Source of the DNA: a virus
DNA: 64,000 nt
IMG/VR virus record: IMGVR_UViG_3300028043_000001
Span: 32,001 to 96,000 of that record
Reading direction: 5' to 3' (one strand)
This document shows positions 45,023 to 54,576 of the stretch, one piece after another. The translations under genes were made by a program, and so were the position numbers. Positions within the stretch are counted from its first letter, which is position 1. The number at the start of each line of letters is the position of its first letter. The notes under the pieces were generated by a model. The model was given only the letters and a program-made list of their open reading frames with translations. It was not told the DNA's origin and ran no database searches.

Positions 45023-47651
45023 CGTTACCGACGCTCAAAGGCAGGCACGGGCCGACAAGCTGCTTGGGCCCGGCTTTTTCTTTTTTCCTCCGAAAACCTC
45101 CCTTTCTATAGTTTCCTACCGTAAAGCTGAAACATTTTCAGTAGAGCAGACCCTTGAATATCTGCAGCGGTGGTCTACGGCGCAGCCTGATTTAAAGATC
45201 AGCGTGCAGCTAAAATATGATGGCATTTCATGTTACTTACATCGTACAGCCGACGAGGATTTTTTTGTCTTCACTGATGATGGTACTGATGTGACCGACA
45301 GAGTGCCTCATTTAATAGAGAAAGCAAAGGAGCAGCTACCCAAAACGGACTACATCGTATTGGGCGAGATTGAAAAGTGGATCACCCAAGGTAATAAAAG
45401 AGTTCACCAAGGTCGCGAGTATGTTGCCGGGGAAATCCATGCCGCGGGACCCCCGAAGGATCGAGCCTATGTTTGGAATGTGTACGATTTACTTTGGTTT
45501 AATGGTAAAGATTTACACAACCTTGAATACCAACAACGGTTCGAAACCCTACAGAAGGAATTTCATTTCGATCAGTCCCTTCTCACCAGCATGCAGCCTG
45601 GATTTAATTTAGCTCCTAATTCAATTTGTGAGACTGACGAGGAGATACGCAAGGCCCTGAAAGCCATGGTCGCTTTTGAGTTCTCTGAGGGAGCCATGGT
45701 TAAGAAGTGGAATGGCTTTAAATTTGAGCTTGACGGTCGCACCAATGACGTCCTAAAATTTAAAAAATACGCTGAAGCTCATCTGTGGGTGGTCGACAAA
45801 CGCACTATCAGTGGTGCCGAGAAAACTTTTCAATATAAGGTAGCCATCGAGGTCCTACCCTCGGAGATGGAAGATGTTGATGAATCTGCAGTTATCAGTT
45901 TTCGGCGTCGTAAGGCGATGATCGTAGCAAAAACTTTCAACACTAATGTGGTTGCTAATGTTGGTGATATTTTGACCGTGCAATTCCACAACGTTTTTGC
46001 TACACGAACTGAAAGCGGCAAAATAAAACTAACTTTGTATGAGCCGAAAGTTTATGAAAATCGGACGCTCCGTGGTGTCTCTGAAGACCCTGACACTGTG
46101 ACTACCTTAATTAAGATTGGCCGCGATGCTCAACTATTCCGCTATAAACACCACGACGATGAGTTTCTGCCCTTCGAGTTGGTAAAACAGGTTGGCATCT
46201 TCCAACAATACCCAGCTGAAGGTAGAATGTATCCTTTCATTATTCATAACCACTGGCGTGGCAAGTCGGTGCATGCTGATTTGCGGCTTTCTCATGTTAA
46301 CCGCCAGTACTTAATTGGCTACACTCTGGACGTTCAAGTACCCGATATCGTCCGCGACCCCGTACTTAATATGGACAGAGCTCGCGAGATGACCAAAAAG
46401 GACGAGCTGTGGAAATTCAATGCCTTTGATGGAACTTTCAAATCCCGACAAACTCGTGTGGGCATGAAAAAAGCTACCTCCGTTTTGGTGCAACTAAAAG
46501 CTCCGGAGCCTAATGAGTGGCTCAGTTTTGAGGGCGTGTCCGAAAGGGGCTCTGTTGGTTCAACAAGGGACTACCCCGGAGTCTTTTTGATTGTTGCTAA
46601 AGGTAACGTCGAGTATGGCTTCAGGTCAGGATATTTTCACGAATATTGGTTTCATTGTGAGCAGTGGCCGAACGGTGGGATGCGCCTTTTGTTCAGGGAA
46701 CTTGCCTCAGATATTACTGCAAGCATCCCAGTTAGCAAGTTTTTGCAGTGGGCCTTTGATGTCGACAACCCTATTACTGATTTCCAATACGGTGATCACT
46801 CCATTGTTTGTGATTTAGGCGAGGTGCTGTTGCCTGAACAGCTGCAGCTCGACTTTGGGGATTCTTTGTCACTCGCCCTAGCACCAGCTGAAAAACCCGA
46901 GTTGCGCACTCCGACTATGTGGATGCTTATTAAACCTAACACCGACGAACCTTACGTCTTATCGCAGCGCGCTGCCACCAAAGGAAGGATGCCCCCATTT
47001 GGCATTTCTGCTCTTCCCAAAACTATTAAAGATCAAATCCCCGCTGAGTTTGCCTATTGGACAATAAAAGAATCAAAAAAGGCCCTTGAAGTGAGAAACT
47101 CATTAATTGCAGCCATTAAGAAGAAGAAGGTGAAACTTGATTTTACCGTGTTTAAAAGCTTTAAATCGACAGGGGAAGAGCAAGCAATTGAAACCTCAGT
47201 TGAAGTTGAGCGTGAATTTATTTTAAATCGTCGCACTTGGCGAGGACCAATTGTAGTCAGACTAGGCTATAGTGGTGAATTATACGACTTGTGGATTGCA
47301 ACAGGCGAGGGAGCTACGCTGTTCACTTTTAGTGACGATCCTCGTGAGGCTACTGAGATAACTGGTACTGCCGAGAAGTTTAGTGATAAGATTTTAATGG
47401 CAGCCGTTGGTGAGCTGCTTCCTGGGTCACGACTCAACCCCAACAAAAGGATTCCAGTTAAAGTAGTGAGATTAGAAAAAGGAAAACTTTTGCTGTTTGT
47501 TGATGACCCCAACCTCAAAAAGTTTCAGGTTAAATCAAAAAACTGGCAAGGTGTTTACTTACTCGAGCAAGATGAAGACTCGAAAATCTGGACTCTAAGG
47601 GTTGCAGAAGCTGCTATACAACCCGTCGATTCTCAAGGAGTGGGTAGATAG
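45003..47651 (+). CDS. ATP-dependent DNA ligase fused to LigD phosphoesterase-like domain(s)
   Basis: KYDG, LGE, YDLLW, EGAMVK, KFK; FIIHNHWRGKSVHADLRL. Confidence 0.8.
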   Translation: MKSRQSNVTDAQRQARADKLLGPGFFFFPPKTSLSIVSYRKAETFSVEQTLEYLQRWSTAQPDLKISVQLKYDGISCYLHRTADEDFFVFTDDGTDVTDRVPHLIEKAKEQLPKTDYIVLGEIEKWITQGNKRVHQGREYVAGEIHAAGPPKDRAYVWNVYDLLWFNGKDLHNLEYQQRFETLQKEFHFDQSLLTSMQPGFNLAPNSICETDEEIRKALKAMVAFEFSEGAMVKKWNGFKFELDGRTNDVLKFKKYAEAHLWVVDKRTISGAEKTFQYKVAIEVLPSEMEDVDESAVISFRRRKAMIVAKTFNTNVVANVGDILTVQFHNVFATRTESGKIKLTLYEPKVYENRTLRGVSEDPDTVTTLIKIGRDAQLFRYKHHDDEFLPFELVKQVGIFQQYPAEGRMYPFIIHNHWRGKSVHADLRLSHVNRQYLIGYTLDVQVPDIVRDPVLNMDRAREMTKKDELWKFNAFDGTFKSRQTRVGMKKATSVLVQLKAPEPNEWLSFEGVSERGSVGSTRDYPGVFLIVAKGNVEYGFRSGYFHEYWFHCEQWPNGGMRLLFRELASDITASIPVSKFLQWAFDVDNPITDFQYGDHSIVCDLGEVLLPEQLQLDFGDSLSLALAPAEKPELRTPTMWMLIKPNTDEPYVLSQRAATKGRMPPFGISALPKTIKDQIPAEFAYWTIKESKKALEVRNSLIAAIKKKKVKLDFTVFKSFKSTGEEQAIETSVEVEREFILNRRTWRGPIVVRLGYSGELYDLWIATGEGATLFTFSDDPREATEITGTAEKFSDKILMAAVGELLPGSRLNPNKRIPVKVVRLEKGKLLLFVDDPNLKKFQVKSKNWQGVYLLEQDEDSKIWTLRVAEAAIQPVDSQGVGR

Positions 47652-47654
47652 TAA

Positions 47655-47969
47655 TTGAGTGAAGGCCGCGTCCCCGTTTCGTTTGAGAAACTCACAATCT
47701 CTACATCAGCAGTGATGCTCACTTCCAGTTTGCTTCATCCCACCCCTGGGCAAAGCGGCGCAGGTAATGCAGCTTGCTTAGCGTTCATGACCGTTGAGGG
47801 TGGTAGCATTCGATTTCGCGTTGATGGAGGTTCCCCAACTACCGCAGATGGACATTTAGTGCTCGACGGCGGCAGCGTTGAAATCGAGACAATTCAGGCA
47901 CTAGAGAAGTTTAAAGCAATTAGGGCGGCGAACAAAAATGCCACCCTTTTTGTGACGTACTTCTTTTAA
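47655..47969 (+). CDS. Hypothetical virion-module protein
   Basis: IRFRVDGGSPT..DGH; genomic context. Confidence 0.55.
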   Translation: MSEGRVPVSFEKLTISTSAVMLTSSLLHPTPGQSGAGNAACLAFMTVEGGSIRFRVDGGSPTTADGHLVLDGGSVEIETIQALEKFKAIRAANKNATLFVTYFF

Positions 47970-47977
47970 GAGGGTTT

Positions 47978-48358
47978 ATGGCAATTCGAATCTACAATCC
48001 CCCATCGTACGAAGTGGAATTTACACACACTATGTACGTACCTCCTGGCACGACGGTGAGCGAAAGCATTCCAGGTCACGTTAATCGGGGCATTGCTTCA
48101 GCACTTGATGTTGAAGAAGTTGGAGGTGAAGTTTCGGGCAATTATGATTTTGACCTTTACCACGCAAACACTTTTGTAGAAGATGATTTAGCCTATAGAG
48201 CTTTGAATATCGATCCTGCGGCAGCCTATGTTGATCGGCTGCCTTTTCAAGTTAAGGACAAAGACGAAGCCTCTGAAGCTCATATTCGTATTCGGAACCT
48301 AGATGCAACAAAAGGAGCTACATTCAACATCACAATGAGAACGGAGAAGTTTAGATAA
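47978..48358 (+). CDS. Hypothetical virion-module protein
   Basis: Beta-rich; MAI start like its neighbours. Confidence 0.55.
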   Translation: MAIRIYNPPSYEVEFTHTMYVPPGTTVSESIPGHVNRGIASALDVEEVGGEVSGNYDFDLYHANTFVEDDLAYRALNIDPAAAYVDRLPFQVKDKDEASEAHIRIRNLDATKGATFNITMRTEKFR

Positions 48359-49407
48359 TGGCAATATTGCGGGCTCATTCATTTGGTGCTAGCTTCGGAT
48401 TTGGATACAACCCTCCTGAGCCGGGGATCGACTATTATGGTGGTGGCAGCAATTGGCTATCTACAGTAGGCGGTAGGTTGGAGTTTGGGGTGAAAGTCGC
48501 AGCGGGAAACTCGCCTTGGGAGAAGTACTGGATACAATCCTCTTTCGCCGCAAAAAGTGAAATTTATGTGCAGATATGTGAGAAAACTGGCGTAGGAGTC
48601 AGTAATGATTATAGGTGGATTACTTTTCGTGCAGGCACTACTGAGTTGGTTGTTGCTAAATTAAAAACCGATGAGTCAATAGATTTTTACCGTGGGGATC
48701 CCGATGTGGGAGGTGTCTTGCTAGGTAGTACTAGCATTGATACTCTCCGGATTGATGGAGTATTTGCCTATTATGAGTTTCGTGTTAAAATTGATGGCTC
48801 TGCTGGAGTTGTTAAAATGAGAAAGGACGGCTTCGAAGTTTTTAGTTTCACTGGCAACACAAAACCTGGGGCAGAAACAACTATCGACAATATTAGAACG
48901 TACAACACCCCCCCAGGTATGATATATAGCGATTTCATCATTAACGACACTTTGGGGTCCTACAACAATTCTTGGCCAGGTGGTGCACATGTAGAATTTA
49001 TAAAGCCGGATGCTGCAGGTGCCGTTACGGAATGGCTGCCTTCATCAGGCTCTAATTATCAATGCGTTGATGAATTTCTTCCCTCCGCATCCGATTATGT
49101 TACCACAGATATTCCTAATGTTGTTGACGTTTATAATCTTGCGTCTATTGATGGCAGCGCCATTGTAGTGAGTGCAATCATCCCTATGTACCACATCCAC
49201 TATGATGGTGATCCTCAAACCAAGTATTATCAGAGAGTTTTACGTGCAGGTACGACAAACTATACTAGTGCCTCGAGGCTAGCACCTGCCTCGACAATGA
49301 CATTGGATAGCTGGGAGGTATTAGAAACTAATCCTGCAACTGGTGCACCTTTCACAGTAAGTGAAATTAACAATTTACAGTTGGGGCTTAAGGCAGTGAC
49401 GTCTTAA
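48358..49407 (+). CDS. Putative virion lectin-like protein, paralog 1
   Basis: Beta-sandwich N-terminus; shared C-domain W.P...N..CVDE. Confidence 0.65.
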   Translation: MAILRAHSFGASFGFGYNPPEPGIDYYGGGSNWLSTVGGRLEFGVKVAAGNSPWEKYWIQSSFAAKSEIYVQICEKTGVGVSNDYRWITFRAGTTELVVAKLKTDESIDFYRGDPDVGGVLLGSTSIDTLRIDGVFAYYEFRVKIDGSAGVVKMRKDGFEVFSFTGNTKPGAETTIDNIRTYNTPPGMIYSDFIINDTLGSYNNSWPGGAHVEFIKPDAAGAVTEWLPSSGSNYQCVDEFLPSASDYVTTDIPNVVDVYNLASIDGSAIVVSAIIPMYHIHYDGDPQTKYYQRVLRAGTTNYTSASRLAPASTMTLDSWEVLETNPATGAPFTVSEINNLQLGLKAVTS

Positions 49408-49421
49408 AGGGAGAGTAACAA

Positions 49422-50438
49422 ATGGCATTATTAGTATGCGCTGGAGCAGAAAGTTCTGTATATGAGGTGAGTTGGGGTGGTGTCTGCGTACAAAGCTCTA
49501 CGCGGGCTCGATCTGGGACATACTCATTTCGTTTAAACGGCGGATATGCTTCAGGATCTGGTATGAATCCCAACTGGATTGGCTTAAATTTTGTTGCAGG
49601 CTCTACTATTTATTTTCAAGTCGCGATTTATGTCACGGAAGTTTTTGGAGGTACAACGAATAATAGAGTTTTTATATTTCGGTCAGGTAGCGTTTTTCAA
49701 ATTGTAATGTCGGTGACCGGCAATTCTACATTTAAACTTTGGCGAGGTGACTGTTGGTCTCCTGGTGTGGAAATTGCCTCGGTATCAGCAGGGTTCGCTC
49801 TTAATTCTTGGAACCTTTTTGAAGGATACCTCTATGTTGCGGACAGCAATGGAATTATTCAAATCAAGAAAGATGGGGTAATGCTTTTCGATTTTGTTGG
49901 CGATACACAATACGATACCAATACGATTGATTCTTTTGTTGTAGGGGTGACGTCGTCTGGGGGGACCGATTACTCATGGTACGATGACTTAATCATAAAC
50001 AACAACCAAGGTAGCTACTTTAACAGTTGGCCAGGAGGAGTTCGGATTCACGCCTTAAGGCCTTCTGGTGTAGGTAACTACTCTCAATGGACACCCGCGG
50101 GCACCTCTCCTAACTGGGATTGTGTCGATGAAACTCCAGTTAGTAGCGCAGAGTACGTCCATACTGGGGTAGCTGGACAAAAAGATAGTTATCAAATGTC
50201 CAATTGTCCAACTGGGTTACATAGAGTCAGAGCAGTGGTACCTCAATTCTGGGGTGAAGGGGGCCAAGCCATTAAAAGATTATTACGCATAAGTAGCACT
50301 GACTACTTGGGGGCCACTGTTAACTTAACATCAAGCTTTGGTAAGGTTGAAGAAATCCACTATGTTTCACCCGCAACCAGCAGTGCTTGGACGCTTTCTG
50401 AGGTTGATGGACTTGAGAGTGGCATGGAGAACGTGTAG
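49422..50438 (+). CDS. Putative virion lectin-like protein, paralog 2
   Basis: GNYSQWTPAG..NW.CVDETPVSS shared with paralog 3. Confidence 0.65.
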   Translation: MALLVCAGAESSVYEVSWGGVCVQSSTRARSGTYSFRLNGGYASGSGMNPNWIGLNFVAGSTIYFQVAIYVTEVFGGTTNNRVFIFRSGSVFQIVMSVTGNSTFKLWRGDCWSPGVEIASVSAGFALNSWNLFEGYLYVADSNGIIQIKKDGVMLFDFVGDTQYDTNTIDSFVVGVTSSGGTDYSWYDDLIINNNQGSYFNSWPGGVRIHALRPSGVGNYSQWTPAGTSPNWDCVDETPVSSAEYVHTGVAGQKDSYQMSNCPTGLHRVRAVVPQFWGEGGQAIKRLLRISSTDYLGATVNLTSSFGKVEEIHYVSPATSSAWTLSEVDGLESGMENV

Positions 50439-50455
50439 TAGGGGAGGATTAGAGG

Positions 50456-51469
50456 ATGGCATTATTAGCATTCGCTGGAGCAGAGGATGGTCTTTTAGAA
50501 GTCTTGATCTCAGGAGATGTGACCCAAAACTCAGGCCAGGCAAGAACTGGAACATACTGCTTTAGGGTAAAGGGGATGTCTCCTACCGAATCTATCTTAT
50601 CGAATTCCTTCACCCTTAACTTTCCTGAGCGGAGTGAGTTTTTTTGGCAGGCTGCAACAAGGGTAAGTAGCACAGCCACATATGGAGGATACAATCCATA
50701 TCACATAGGGTGGTGTAAAGGCAATACGTTTTTGGGGTGCCTAATTACTGCAGGAACGTTAGCCTCTATGTTTGTTTGCCGCGGTGACAACTCCGGCACA
50801 CTACTAGGAAGCATTAATGTTGGTATGCCTACTAACAGCTGGTTGCTACTTGAGGGGCATGTAGTAATTCATAACACTACGGGTTTAGTTAAGGTTTGGG
50901 CTAATGGCATTCTTGTTTTCAACTATAGTGGCGATACTCAACCTGGGTCTGACACAGGAGTAGATAATCTTCTTTTCTCGGGCACACCCACCACCTCAGG
51001 TTGGCAGTACTGGGATGATATGATAGTTGGAGATGTCCAGGGCAGTTACTTTAATAGTCAACTTGGGGGCCTAAAAATTCACCGCCTAGCTCCTACTGGC
51101 ATAGGTAACTACTCCCAATGGACACCTGCTGGTTCAACTCTTAACTGGGCTTGTGTCGATGAAACTCCAGTTAGTAGTGATGACTATGTGAAAGGCGCTG
51201 CGTCAGGTAACAAGGATTCCTATGCAATGGCTGATTGTCCATCGAATGTTTATGACGTGCAAGCAGTAGTCGCGCGCTATTGGGCCCAGGGAGGAGGTGG
51301 AATAAAAAGACTGCTGCGGATTGGGAGCACCGACTACTTGGGAACTACTATCAATGTTTCTACTTCCCTCACGTACAATGACGATATTATGTATGTTAGC
51401 CCCGCCACCTCCAATCCTTTTACCGTAAGTGAGATAAATAGCCTTGAGAGCGGCATGGAAAGGCAGTAA
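50456..51469 (+). CDS. Putative virion lectin-like protein, paralog 3
   Basis: Same architecture as paralogs 1 and 2. Confidence 0.65.
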   Translation: MALLAFAGAEDGLLEVLISGDVTQNSGQARTGTYCFRVKGMSPTESILSNSFTLNFPERSEFFWQAATRVSSTATYGGYNPYHIGWCKGNTFLGCLITAGTLASMFVCRGDNSGTLLGSINVGMPTNSWLLLEGHVVIHNTTGLVKVWANGILVFNYSGDTQPGSDTGVDNLLFSGTPTTSGWQYWDDMIVGDVQGSYFNSQLGGLKIHRLAPTGIGNYSQWTPAGSTLNWACVDETPVSSDDYVKGAASGNKDSYAMADCPSNVYDVQAVVARYWAQGGGGIKRLLRIGSTDYLGTTINVSTSLTYNDDIMYVSPATSNPFTVSEINSLESGMERQ

Positions 51470-53341
51470 ATGGCCACCACTTCTTGGCAAAACCCAACGA
51501 CGGCCGCTACTATTGATCGTGATGGCAAGGCGTCGTGGGCTTCAGTCGAACGCGCACTAGTTTCTGATAATCAGCGAACATACTGCGATGTAGCAACTAG
51601 CACCTATGGCGATTGGCTCAGACTTACCGGTTTCAACCTTCTCAACTTAGTTCCCCACGAAGCCACCATCGATGGCATCGAAGTTGAGATTGAGGGCTAC
51701 GCAGGGATAGCCAACAAGCTTAAAGACTCGGCTCTCTACCTACGCACAACTGCGGGCCAAACGAGTAACAACGGTGCCCTTCCAGATTATTATGACACCA
51801 GTGAAACTACCTACTTCCGGGGGGGTGCTTCCGATACTTGGGGTACTACTTGGGCGAAAGAACATTTTAACAGCGATTTTGGCATCGATATTTCCATTCA
51901 AAACGATGATACATTAACACGGCGTTTTAACATTGACTGTGTAAGAATAAGAGTTCACTTCACCGCTACAGGTGATACATATGTTGATGGCCACAGTTTA
52001 CAACTGTTTAATCGCAACGATGGTATTTCAGGTCACAGTTTACAACTGTTTAATCGCAACGATGGTATTTCAGGTCACAGTTTAAACCTCTTCTATAAGC
52101 CAAGAAGTTCTGGCTTCGAGTTTGACCCCCGAATAATTGAGTACTGGCGGTTTGAAAACAACCTCAATGCAGAGAAGAGCGGTAATACTTTAACTGCATC
52201 TGCGGGCGGCGTTGGCTATAGCTCTAGCGCTCCCCTTGAGGGTGCCTTTACCCTCGATTTGGAATTTGATAATGACCAGTTCGCCTACCGAACCGATACT
52301 GACCTTAGCACCGGCTTTCCTTTTAAAAGCGGTGATACCAACAAGAAAGCCACTTTTTGTTGTTGGGTAACTCCCGAAAGTAGCGGCGCTTGGCGGTGCA
52401 TCTGGTCAAAAACTAATTACTTTTGGGGTGGTGGTAACAACTGTACTCATGCTAGTGTCGACTACGGTACCTTAAAAATTGGTTGGGGTTCTGCTACTAG
52501 TAATACTGACTATAATACGGGCATCACTTTAAATGCGGGAGTCTCCTACCATGTTGCTGTTGTAATTAATGGAGTTTATCCAGGGTCAATCTATGTAAGA
52601 GTTTACCGCGGCGATAATGGTACTATAAGCGAGCATAGCGTAGGACTTTTGGACGCCCTTAATATTTGCAGCAGACCATTTAGAGTTGGGGCCTTTGCTG
52701 ATCGTGATGCTGATAACACCTGGGATGGCAGGATTGATGAGTTAGTAGTAGCCAATGCTTTACTTTCTCCCTATGAAATTGACCAGATTCGAGCTGGCAC
52801 TTACGAGTATCAGCCTGGTGTTCATGGACATGCACTTCAAACTTTACTTGATGCTCCAGGTGTTCATGGTCATGCACTTCAAGCTCTACTCGATGCTCCT
52901 GGTGTCCATGGACATGCACTTCAAATTTTATATGATAACTATGGCATTAAACTGGATAGAATCGGGACATCAGTTGTTTATAAGGTCGACAAAGTTTTTC
53001 TCTCGCGTATTGGCACTACAGTTGTTTGGTCAGACTCTATTAATGTAACGGTTGAACTAGCTGAAGCCGTGCAGCTACTAGCCTCACCCAGTTCTCCTAA
53101 CTTGTTAACTGGGTCTTCAGTTAGTGTTGACGAAGCTTTACAGTTACTATCTACCCTCAACACGCCCTCACTTTCACTAGGCTCGACAACCGAGGTGGCC
53201 GAATTGCAATTGTTATCAGCATTATATAATCCTTCCTTCGTAGGTACTCCTACTGGAGAACTCCGAGTTTTCCCAGTACCCCTACCCGAAACGGTTTGGC
53301 AAAGCCAAGCAGGGAAAAGAATTTTTCCAATGAAACCCTAG
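51470..53341 (+). CDS. Fibre-like protein with LamG/ConA domain and 14-aa repeats
   Basis: YWRFE...FCCWV...YHVAVV...WDGRIDEL..LS..EI. Confidence 0.72.
   Translation: MATTSWQNPTTAATIDRDGKASWASVERALVSDNQRTYCDVATSTYGDWLRLTGFNLLNLVPHEATIDGIEVEIEGYAGIANKLKDSALYLRTTAGQTSNNGALPDYYDTSETTYFRGGASDTWGTTWAKEHFNSDFGIDISIQNDDTLTRRFNIDCVRIRVHFTATGDTYVDGHSLQLFNRNDGISGHSLQLFNRNDGISGHSLNLFYKPRSSGFEFDPRIIEYWRFENNLNAEKSGNTLTASAGGVGYSSSAPLEGAFTLDLEFDNDQFAYRTDTDLSTGFPFKSGDTNKKATFCCWVTPESSGAWRCIWSKTNYFWGGGNNCTHASVDYGTLKIGWGSATSNTDYNTGITLNAGVSYHVAVVINGVYPGSIYVRVYRGDNGTISEHSVGLLDALNICSRPFRVGAFADRDADNTWDGRIDELVVANALLSPYEIDQIRAGTYEYQPGVHGHALQTLLDAPGVHGHALQALLDAPGVHGHALQILYDNYGIKLDRIGTSVVYKVDKVFLSRIGTTVVWSDSINVTVELAEAVQLLASPSSPNLLTGSSVSVDEALQLLSTLNTPSLSLGSTTEVAELQLLSALYNPSFVGTPTGELRVFPVPLPETVWQSQAGKRIFPMKP
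51992..52084 (+). repeat. 42-bp tandem repeat, two exact copies plus a partial
   Basis: CACAGTTTACAACTGTTTAATCGCAACGATGGTATTTCAGGT. Confidence 0.95.
52814..52939 (+). repeat. 42-bp tandem repeat, three diverged copies
   Basis: PGVHGHALQxLxDx three times, mostly synonymous changes. Confidence 0.92.
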
Positions 53342-53436
53342 AACAGTTTGCTACCGTACCCCGAATTCGTTCCGTTTTGTAACTCCACGAACAATTTACT
53401 TTTTGATGAGATTCCGCGTGGGAGGAGGTCTTTACC

Positions 53437-54576
53437 ATGCCAGAGTTAGCAGTGAAAATACAAGAAGACGGCTTTAGATTCGAGCAGGCCCTTTTTGACA
53501 TCGAGAAGAAAGCGGAAAAGATCGAGCAAGAGTCTGGCGAGCTGAAACGAATCGTCACCGGTTTTGCGGCTGTTGCGGATGTCATTGATTCACAGTTTGA
53601 GGTAATTACACGCGAGGCTTTAGAAGGAGCGTCAAAAGACCTTCTTCAATATACCACAGTACTGTATAATCATGACCCCAACCGTCCGATTGGTAAGGTT
53701 CTGGAAGCTCAACCTAAGGGTGACGGACTGTTCGTCAAAGTTCTGATTTCTGCCTCAGAGGATGAAATTTGGAACAAGATCACAGAGGGCATTATTTCCA
53801 AATTTAGCTTCCGGGGTTCCGTCACTGACTTCGAAGAGAAGTATGACAAAGGGCTACAAAAATATATCACTGTCATTAAAGGGTTCCGAATTTTCGAAGT
53901 TTCTTTGGTATCAGTACCTGCTAACCCACATGCTAAGACTCTACACTATTATCTCTCAAAAGCGTTGGAATCTGTTGAGAAACCAACAACCGAAAAGGAA
54001 GTTGAGCTTCCTCAACCAAAAGAAACAAAAGGAGGGCTTTTAAAAGCTATGGATAAGGAAAAGGCCAAAATGATCGCTGACTTAGTCGACAAGCTTATGG
54101 CGGCCCTCCAAGACATGCCACACAAAGTGGACGAGCGCCTTCTCGTGATTTGCCGGAAAATTAAATCCGAAATTTTGAGGGCAGCTGCTGGCGAGGATCA
54201 GCCGGCGTATCCCGAACCCTCTGCTGAGGAAAAGATAATCGAAGGCTATGATCCTATCGCTGAGGGTTTCAAAAACCGCCTTGCCTCGTTTGAGGAGAAG
54301 GTGGCTAGCCTTGAGAAGCGGTTGGACGAGATTAAGCCGGCAATCGAAGAGATGTTGGTTGAAGGCATCAAAAGTGTAGCCGAGACTTTGGTCACTGACA
54401 AAATCGGGGACATTGAAAAAGAACTTGGCTCCCAAGCCGAAGTGCTGTCTAGCTTCATTGAGTTGCTAGATGCGCTTCGTCCACAACTTGGACTTCCTGT
54501 TCAGGAACAGGAGACTAATTTGCCATCAGCAAAGTCTGAAAAGTCTGAGGAGATTAAAGACGGAGGTGAATCCTAA
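53437..54576 (+). CDS. HK97 prohead protease with C-terminal scaffold-like coiled coil
   Basis: YNHD...IGK, FSFRG, EVSLVSVPANP; GGAGGAGG SD. Confidence 0.92.
   Translation: MPELAVKIQEDGFRFEQALFDIEKKAEKIEQESGELKRIVTGFAAVADVIDSQFEVITREALEGASKDLLQYTTVLYNHDPNRPIGKVLEAQPKGDGLFVKVLISASEDEIWNKITEGIISKFSFRGSVTDFEEKYDKGLQKYITVIKGFRIFEVSLVSVPANPHAKTLHYYLSKALESVEKPTTEKEVELPQPKETKGGLLKAMDKEKAKMIADLVDKLMAALQDMPHKVDERLLVICRKIKSEILRAAAGEDQPAYPEPSAEEKIIEGYDPIAEGFKNRLASFEEKVASLEKRLDEIKPAIEEMLVEGIKSVAETLVTDKIGDIEKELGSQAEVLSSFIELLDALRPQLGLPVQEQETNLPSAKSEKSEEIKDGGES

Noticed and set aside
50070-51180. Near-identical DNA stretches in paralogs 2 and 3 as a DGR template/variable repeat pair
   Set aside because: Both copies are coding, the differences are not adenine-specific, and there is no reverse transcriptase in the window
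51992-52939. 42-bp repeats as a CRISPR array
   Set aside because: In-frame tandem coding repeats with no spacers and no cas genes
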